Positions 40,856 through 49,800 of a stretch of DNA of 64,000 nt are shown piece after piece. The DNA lies in NCBI GenBank assembly GCA_043228905.1, contig JBHGNT010000013.1, forward strand, positions 19,344,001 to 19,408,000. Reading direction: 5' to 3'. The stretch is from Azolla caroliniana (Eukaryota > Plantae > Polypodiophyta). A program made the position numbers and the translations under genes. The notes beneath the pieces are model-generated. The model was not told the DNA's origin. It was given only the letters and a program-made list of their open reading frames with translations, and made no database searches. The stretch's first letter is position 1. Every line of letters begins with the position of its first letter.

Positions 40856-43800
40856 GATATATAGATATATATATTAACGTCTTTTAAGAGGCCAAAATGG
40901 CCTATAAGACCAAACAAGAGATTACATCTTCCACTAGAGAAAATTTATACTACATTTTCAACTGTGTTTCCTAAAAAAACAAAGCAAAAACTATGGTAAT
41001 AGGGGAACTGAATTTCTAAAAACCAAAACCTATTGTTATAACCTTACAAAGAACACAGCCTTAATGGAGCATCAATTCCAATTCTCTTTTTTTTTAGCTC
41101 AGGTTGCGTGTATCTTCTCTTCAATATGCTCAGTTTAAACTTTATACATAAGCAATCAATAGTATTTTATTCAACCTGAAATTTTTCAATTCTTTTTTTT
41201 AAGTCCTCTGCAACAATTTTGCTCTCTCCTATTGTTAGTTTTGTACATTTTGCTGTACTCCGAAACCATTTGTCAACATTGGAAACTACTTCATCTGCAT
41301 TTATGAGATTGAATGGCCCATCCATCCATTGTGGAAGAGAATGCATAAAATCACCACAGACATGCCAAAGAATGCCATATTGCTCAAATTCTTTTCCGAT
41401 TAAGTCAATCTGAGGATACTCCGTAAGCATAAGTCCTAATATCTGTTAATATTCAAAATGTTTAGGAAATCTCTCAAACCCATAACCTCTCCTGTGGAAA
41501 ATTATAATAGCCATATAGCAGGAGGAAACCTGCTCTCTGTTATTATAGAGATCTCCCAATGTAGTGTATTTCTGAAGCTTCTCTTCCATCTCCAATACGT
41601 TAGCTAGCCTTTCTTCAAAAGAATCAATGTCCCCTAGCTTCATAAATTCACGGATCTCTTCGGCGAGTACTTTGATATCCCCTTTAAGCTTAAGTTGATC
41701 CATCGCGAGTTCAGTGGTAAACTTTGTCTGCAAAAAAGTTTGAAGGCCACAGTTTGACATCTGCAAATGAGAGACTATAATTATCTCTAGGTGGCAGGAA
41801 GAATTTGCACACCTTGGCTTGTGCAAGTCTGGTTTCGCATTCTTCCAAGGAAAATCCTATCTTTTGGGGCCAACCAAAAGTAACCCAAAAGGCATCCATA
41901 TCTTGATCTGGTATACTATAACATTGCCGATTGAGCATTGCCCAGACCTAAGAATCACAATGTCAACGTAATACACTTAGTATCAAATTGTTCATCAGGA
42001 TCTCCTACAGAAAAATGTACTTTATTACAATTCCTTCTTTAAACATGACATGTTTACATTCAGATCTTTTACATGTTTTATAAGAATTGATAGTATGTCT
42101 ACACACCACCAAACCTTAGCAGATTGATTAATTTCCTCTTGCAACTGAACAAGATGTTTCTTTGTAGATACAACAAATTTCCTCAACTCATCAAGTTCCT
42201 CTGGGTTCCCAGAAATGCTGTTTTAAAACAAAATAAAAGGATTCAAATTTACTTATTTCCTTGCAGATAATTCAATCTTCGACAATCTTATTTATAAGAT
42301 GTTGAATCATACAAGTTCATAACATGTGAACACCAGAATCCTTATCTGAACTTTGATACAACAACCAAAGGAAAAAAACAACGAGAACAAACAACACTGC
42401 ATTGAGAATTAATAACTTGCATTGTAGACCTTCTTATCATGGGCTGCTTGACTTATGTTGAGACTATGACAGTGTAGCTATGGCTCTTGTTAGCTAAGCG
42501 TGCGATTCTCACAGGACCCAAGGTATGGCAGTCTGCTATGGGATTTGTCAGCACCTGATTTGAAGGTATTTTGGTCAATTTGTGAGCTGAAAACACCCAT
42601 TCCACTGCTTTCCATATCCATTTTCAGCCTATCTTTATGCCAAAATGACTTCTCCCAATCCTTTTCTACAATTGTTGCCCAAACTATGGTCAAATCAAGA
42701 GATGAGAACCTTTCGATAGAGTTGTACACATTGGCATACAACCAAGACGAACCGCACTGTGTAGAAATGACCTATTTTTTCCTGACATTACAATGCTTCC
42801 TTCATTTCGGAGACCTCTCCATCTTGGATAAACCCATGTTAGAGATTTTTCAAAGGCAGAAATTTCAGTCCAATTAAGCTCAAAATCTTAAGTTCTTAGC
42901 TAATGTTATTTGAAAAGGCATTCTGAACCTACTCTCAAATCTCCTGGGGTTGATAACTCTGATGTGCTAAGCACCATCACCCTGGGTTCTAGTAGTCTCT
43001 AAAATGGTCTCCAGTAAAGATCCAAAACATGTTATCATCATTGCCTACATGAACCCAAAGCGCACAGCTTGTGGTCCTACTATTTTTTCTATATTTTGGG
43101 TGTTGATATAAGAAAAAATAATTGATATTCATAAGTTCATTGAAAGAAATAATAAGAAAATCCGCACAGTTGCCAATTAATAGCTCCTCTTACGTATTCA
43201 ATCTAGATTCTATTTCAGTGTATTTCTCGCATAGAACTTTATTTTTGGCTGTTGTTGAATCCATGATTTGGAGCGATAAACTATTGGCTATCTTCATGGC
43301 TTTTAGATATAGCTCTTCCGCAAGACTTGAGCACTCAACCAAAAACAAACCAAATATGACTTCACCGTGAGAATTACGCTTTGCATTGTCAGCAACCTGG
43401 TGGATCGAGTACAGGCATCAATATTTCATTCAATATAGAAGAAATCCTATATTCCATGCATAATCTATAATACAGACTAATGAACTTTATCACTAAGGAG
43501 CTATGACTTACACAAATTATTTTTTATGCAGTAATGCTACCTCCAGAATTCTTTACTTCATATTTGAGTTGGTCAGACATGGTTCATGCTATAAAACCTA
43601 TGACTAATAAAGATCCATGGTTTGACACCCTACATTGTACATAGATTCTCATGAATGTATATGGAACCTGCCACTAGACCAAAGAAATGAAAGAAATGTA
43701 ATGTTGACGTCTTCAAAAAGCTAAATGGAGCTATAAGACGAAAAGCATTAAGAAGAGTGTCAAATATAGGCCCCCAAACCTGCACACAATAAAGAAATGT

Positions 43801-46800
43801 ATGGGTAACAAGAGTGTCAAACAGCCACAACTTAATGCATGGATCTTGGAAGCCTCTGAGCCCTTCCTCTCTAGTGAGGACTAGGAAGATTCTTTTCAAT
43901 ATGTTTTCTCAGAATTCAAGTTCAGTCCATTTTTTACCAAGAATTTTTTATCAAACACCTCCAACGTTATATTATGACACACCCATGGCATAGGAGAATC
44001 CAAGACTTCCCAGATTACATGATAGTTACAAACTTACATGTATAACCATTGTAGACCTAAACTTTCTATCATCCTTTATTAAAGGATTTATGACCACATT
44101 AGGCATCTGTAAGGAATGTTCTGGGCATTTGATACACGCTCTAGGAGCACGAGAGTGATGTATTTACTAATGTTTCTCCAAAAATTTAAAACATTCCCAT
44201 CTTTTCTTCTTTTGTTCCTTTTACCTCTTTAACTGTCCCTGATATGAATGATTTACCACAAAAAACGTTTTTCAATTTCAAACAGAGGTCTCACTTCTAG
44301 ATATTTTGAAATAGCTTCTTCATATTCTTCAATAGCATGGTTTTCATTTTTCCAATTTTCCAAGAAAAGTTCATTATCAATTGCTGCAAGGTCTGAAAAT
44401 TTCATATATCCATCTTGAAGCTTCTTCGGACGCACAAAATTCTCCTCTAAAATGTCCTGAAAGAAGTTGAGTGTGTGAGTGTCTAGGTTTCTTTCTAGAT
44501 GCATAGAGATAAAATTATGGTTGTCTTGACCCTAGCCCCATCTACAGCTAATGTTGAAAGATTTGTTGAGCTTTAAGTTAATTGTATATAAATATATATG
44601 CAGACATACATATCAAACAGCGGCTGATATGTTTTCTCATAAAAGAAGGGCTAACACTGGAACAGGAAGCACATACCTGAATGGTTTTGCGAACTGTAAT
44701 GAATCTAATGTCATCCCTATCTAATGATTTCATCTCTTTGAATTGATAGATTGTGGATATGGTTGTCACTCTTGATTGTAGATCCTCAATCCCTTTTACT
44801 GAAGAAAGGATGGAGTCAAGTAGGAGGAGCACTGTGCTCTCAATCAAAGACAAGGACGGGTCAAAGATGAAGTGACCTCCTTCAACTTTTAGCTTAACGT
44901 TAAACATTGGCATGAGATGTAAAGTTTCTGTGTCAGTGATGTGCAATGTGCTAGCAGATCTGCTGCTGTCCTCGTTAGAGCTCTCAGAATATTCTTCACG
45001 ATCTAGATTATGGCTTGGTTGAATTGTTGAGTATTGCTCCCACAGATTCTTATACATATCCATTGACTGCACCAGCACATCAAGGAGCTGTTGTGTCATG
45101 GTAAGTGATAAACGGCGCACAAACCCTCTTAGTTTTTCCAGAGAAGTACCACATAACTGAGTTGTTGGAGGTGCAAGCTCATCGATCATTGCTACAACCC
45201 TAGGAATCCAGCTGTTGTCAAAATTACACAGTATTAGTGAAACGGAATCAGATTCCGGAGGATAAATCAAGTACAACAAGGTGATTTTAAACAAGTGATA
45301 AATAGCATGCACTATCTTGCTATCTATCTTTATTAGCAATCGTTGATGGTGTCATTTTTATCAGATACTCAGCACAAAGTTGTCAATAGCTATATATTTA
45401 CACATGCATATGAATACACTTTACCACAGTTACATTGATACAGACAATGTTAACAATGGATAAACACCGTTAACACAGAGTTTTAGGTTAGGGTTTGTCC
45501 ACCAGAAGGAGGTGAAGGTTAGCCATAGCCCGCATTATTATTAGCATGGTACCCTTAAGAGGCATATACCTAGTTAAATTTTACCATAATTCTTAGTATT
45601 TCTTTGAATCCATTGATCAGGAATGAGCCATTTCACACCTCTTCCCTACACCCATAAGATCAATGTGCTCTAGAGTTTCTGCTCCTTGACGTTTTCCTCG
45701 AGGATGGTACAATAGTAAAGGGTTTTGGGGACAGAACTTTAGAAGCTTGACATGGGTACATGCATATGGTGGTTATATGGATGTTAAACATCTAAGGCCT
45801 CTTTCAACATTTTAAGTTTGTTTTCTAATCTAAGACCTTAATTTTGAGAAGAGGGGGATAACATTATTAAAGAGGAAATATATATTAACATCTTTTAAGA
45901 CTCCAAAATGGCCTATAAGACCAAACAAGGGATTAGATCTTAAAATGTTGTCTCATCTTTGAGAACAGCAAACCAACATAAATGTAACAAGTAAAAAAGC
46001 AAATAGAAATAGAATTAAGATGTAACAAAAGAATCTCATCATCTATACTTGTAAGATTCTCAAGTCAGATATATTTTACTTTTTGTCTTCGAAATATCTC
46101 TAGCATTGGTCAATCCAAAATGGAAAGGTCTCCGAATGGAGGGAAGCACCTACAATGCCAGGCCATAATCTGTCGTTGACAAGGGTGGTGAGATCATGGT
46201 CCATGAGGCCAGGGCCTACGTGCACAAGAAATTGCTATTGCCCAATATATTGTACACCTTTGCAATGTCCTAGTTGGGAGCCCATTTGTATAGCCCTTGA
46301 TTGACTTGTAGCATGAGTAGGAGTGATGGGGCCACAGAAAGCTGTGATTGTTCTTTGTTGATAAGCTTATGGCTTTGTTATTGTCCATCAACAACTTCTC
46401 CTTGTGTCTCCTCATTTTTCATTACCTTGTGAAGTGGGCCAAAGCCTTACTTCATAGAAAACTGTACAATGACAGAAAGCATTTTTGGGATCAGAAAGAA
46501 AGTTATATTAACATCTTTTGAGAGGCCAAAGTAGCCTGTAAACCCAAACAAGAGACTACATCAGAAAATGCTATCTATCTTGTCTTTGAGCACAACAAAC
46601 CAAAATATATATAGCTAAATTAAATGGAACTGCCTAAGGCACCAGCGAATCTCATGAGCTAAGCATTGAGAGATCAACAAAGGGATTAAGAAGCAATTAT
46701 ATGAACATTAGTTCTCTTCTTGATTGGAAATGTAAATTGATGTCATCGTTTCTATCATTGTTGTTGAATACTTTGCAGAAAATATGTGTAGAATACGTAT

Positions 46801-49800
46801 GTTAAGTATTCTAAAAGTATCCTAACTTTTTTTTAATACTTAGAATAAATATTCTACAGATAAATTACGTTAATTATGCAGAATAAGTGGAGAATTCTTC
46901 AAATACACGTAAAATGAAGAGGATTTTTATTGAGCTTCTTGTATGAGATCTACTCCTATGGGAGAGATCAACCAGGGGGTAGATCACATACCCTGATACT
47001 AAATTCAATCCTTGTGGATCTTTTGTTCCATGATAGAAACTTCTTCTACCAAAAAAGGGGTATTTGGAGGTGATTGGCATTCATATGCAACACACTAACA
47101 CTATACATTTCCACTGAAATTTTACTTTGAAGAACAGCAGATTTAGAACTCGTCGTAAACAATCAAGTAACCATTTGAATTTTAAATCGTGTGTTTGCTT
47201 CATATAGGAAAAACAAATCATACTCATTTCGGAAGTTGTCTGCCATCTCTCGTAGGTAATCTTCTTGAATTGATCTGAAATCTTCCAACTTCAGAGGTCG
47301 TTGCAGTGTGAATAATAAAGGATTAAATAGGAAAACATCAGTTACATCCATCTCCTTATGAAAACGCAATAATGCCAGTAGAAAAGCTTCCTCTGCCACA
47401 CACAAATTCTTTGAAATGGTTTCCTTCAGAGATTGCATTGCATTCTCAACGCCAAACTCAATGGGGACACATCCTTGACTGAAGTTTGAACTCAAAAAAC
47501 ATCATAACTTAAGACATACATTATCATAATGATAAAGTAGACACATTCCACATTGCGTATTTCCAAATGAAAAAATTATTGCAAGGTAATCTTAATAAAT
47601 GCACATGAGCTTTTACAAGGCATAACCTAGTGCGCAATGAAGTAGAATGATGAAAGGAAATTATTTTCAGCACTCATATTCCAATAATGCAATCGTTTGA
47701 AAAGGAATCATTTTTAAAAAATATTACCTGGGTATTGGTGGTTTTGGAGAATCATAAGGAAAGATTTGTAATGAAGATAGCCTTGCAAAGTTCTCCTTTG
47801 TAACAAAGTACTGATGGTCAAGGATTGACCTCTTTATACTTCTACGGTACTCAACCTTTAGACATTCCATATAATCATTTACAAGATCTGGGCATCTCTT
47901 GCTAAGGCACACCCCAGCCAAGTTTATAATACGAGTCCGCAATGGTCTGTCTACCAACTCTGAATTTTCAAATGGAAGCTCTTCAATGTACTCGAAGCAT
48001 CTCTGTGTTCATAATGCATACAGATGAAATAGTGAACCAGAGTATATTAAAAACCATGAACATTTAATTGACGAAAGAAAATGAGCCCATAAATACAACC
48101 TTTACAAAATCAGGAAATTAAACTTTGGAAGAAGTCACATTCAATTTTAGAATGTGAATATAATAATCAAATCCATGTTAGTAAATAAGATATTTGCACA
48201 AAAGGATGTGACTTTGATGTACTACCATATGCCGAAACATTTTGGAATCATAAAAGATTCCCCAGTACAGTGAGGTTGATACTTGACGTTTACTATTTCC
48301 TTCAGGCCCTTTTTAGTTTGATGACAGAATCCAGGCTATGCATGCTTGGCTTGATACAGCAATTTTGTTATATCGTCTACAACTGTACGAAGCCTTCCCA
48401 TAGACTCTTCTACTGGGGGTCATGAATGATTGGGAGTCAGTAAAACATCCCTCCATGCAACAATGCACCATTTAAACCTTTAATATAGTGAAGCATTCAT
48501 ATATATGACCAGAACCGTGGGAGGTCGTGAACCCAGGCACATACAAGTAGAAAAGGAAGGGCTTCTGCATACAAGGAACAACTGTTATTGAAGATAAAAC
48601 CTTTGTACATTTTCTCTCTTCAGATAGTCGTTCAGCATGAGTTGCTATTCAATCTCTCCTTGATTATTAAAAATTATGCTTTATGATGACCATGAATTCA
48701 TGGTTTGTCATCATTGTCAGATACACTCTTTGCTCATGCTAGTCAGCTCTGTTACGTTACTGTGTGCTTAAGTCGGCTCAAAAAACCATTCTAAGCTCCT
48801 AGTAACTAAGGATCACCCAAATCTTTGTATGAGTTCATTCGCTGTTGTGATGAATAACAGTTCCCAGGTCATATAAATCTTGAGCCTGACCAGTTACTGA
48901 TCATGCAGTAGCTCATGTTGTCCATTAAATGGGCTGTGGCCTAAAACATTTTATAGCTTATTCTGTACACTTTATCTTTTCATTTTATCTGATATTGGAC
49001 TTTAACAAGTATCCAATTGATTTTTTTACATCATTGAGGTGCAATTTCACGCCTTCATATGTAAACAGCCAATTTTGTTTCATTGATTTCTCATGTCCTT
49101 CTCTTTTCTCTTACACATCTCCATAAGGTAATGGAATACAAGCACCAATGATGCTTGGGACTGTTCTTGGCAGAAATCAAGAGACATAAAGAGAAGTTGC
49201 TAAGGGACAAAAATACAACCACAAAAAAAACATCAACAAAGAGCCATCACAAGTTTCTTTAGCTCCACCACTCCTTATGCTACATGTCAATAAGGTGATT
49301 AACCCCATTTAAACTTTGATGGCTTTAACCCAATTGTAATCATAGTTTAATTTTCTATCAACCTTGGTTTCATTATAGCAAGGAGCTGCAAAGGTAAATT
49401 ACCATATGAGCACTTATTACATTCCGCAAGTTCTTGGCATTCAATGCCTTAGCAATGAAGCTGCTTTCCTTCTCCCTATCAAGGATAAGATTCAACCTGG
49501 AGATGCCAAAGTTTTGTCATGCATAAACCATATATATCAATTCTTAATTCTAACAGACATATAAATCTAAAAGTCTTGTTTATATGTGCAGTTTAAAGAT
49601 GTACTCAAGTAAGAATTCACAGAAAGAAAGATATATTAAGATCTTTTTAAGTGGCCAAAATGGCCAATAAGACCAAATAAGAGATTACATCTTAAAATGT
49701 TGTCTCGTCTTTGAGAACAACAAACCAAAACAAATGTTAGTAAATAAGTAAATCAATATAAAACTAACTAAAGAAACTCATTTTCTATACATGTAAGATT

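Noticed and set aside
42480-42780. ORFs 42490-42741 and 42500-42877 as a nested gene or extra dynein exon
   Set aside because: The flanking dynein exons already join in frame, and the segment ends in a LINE 3' fragment; probably TE debris
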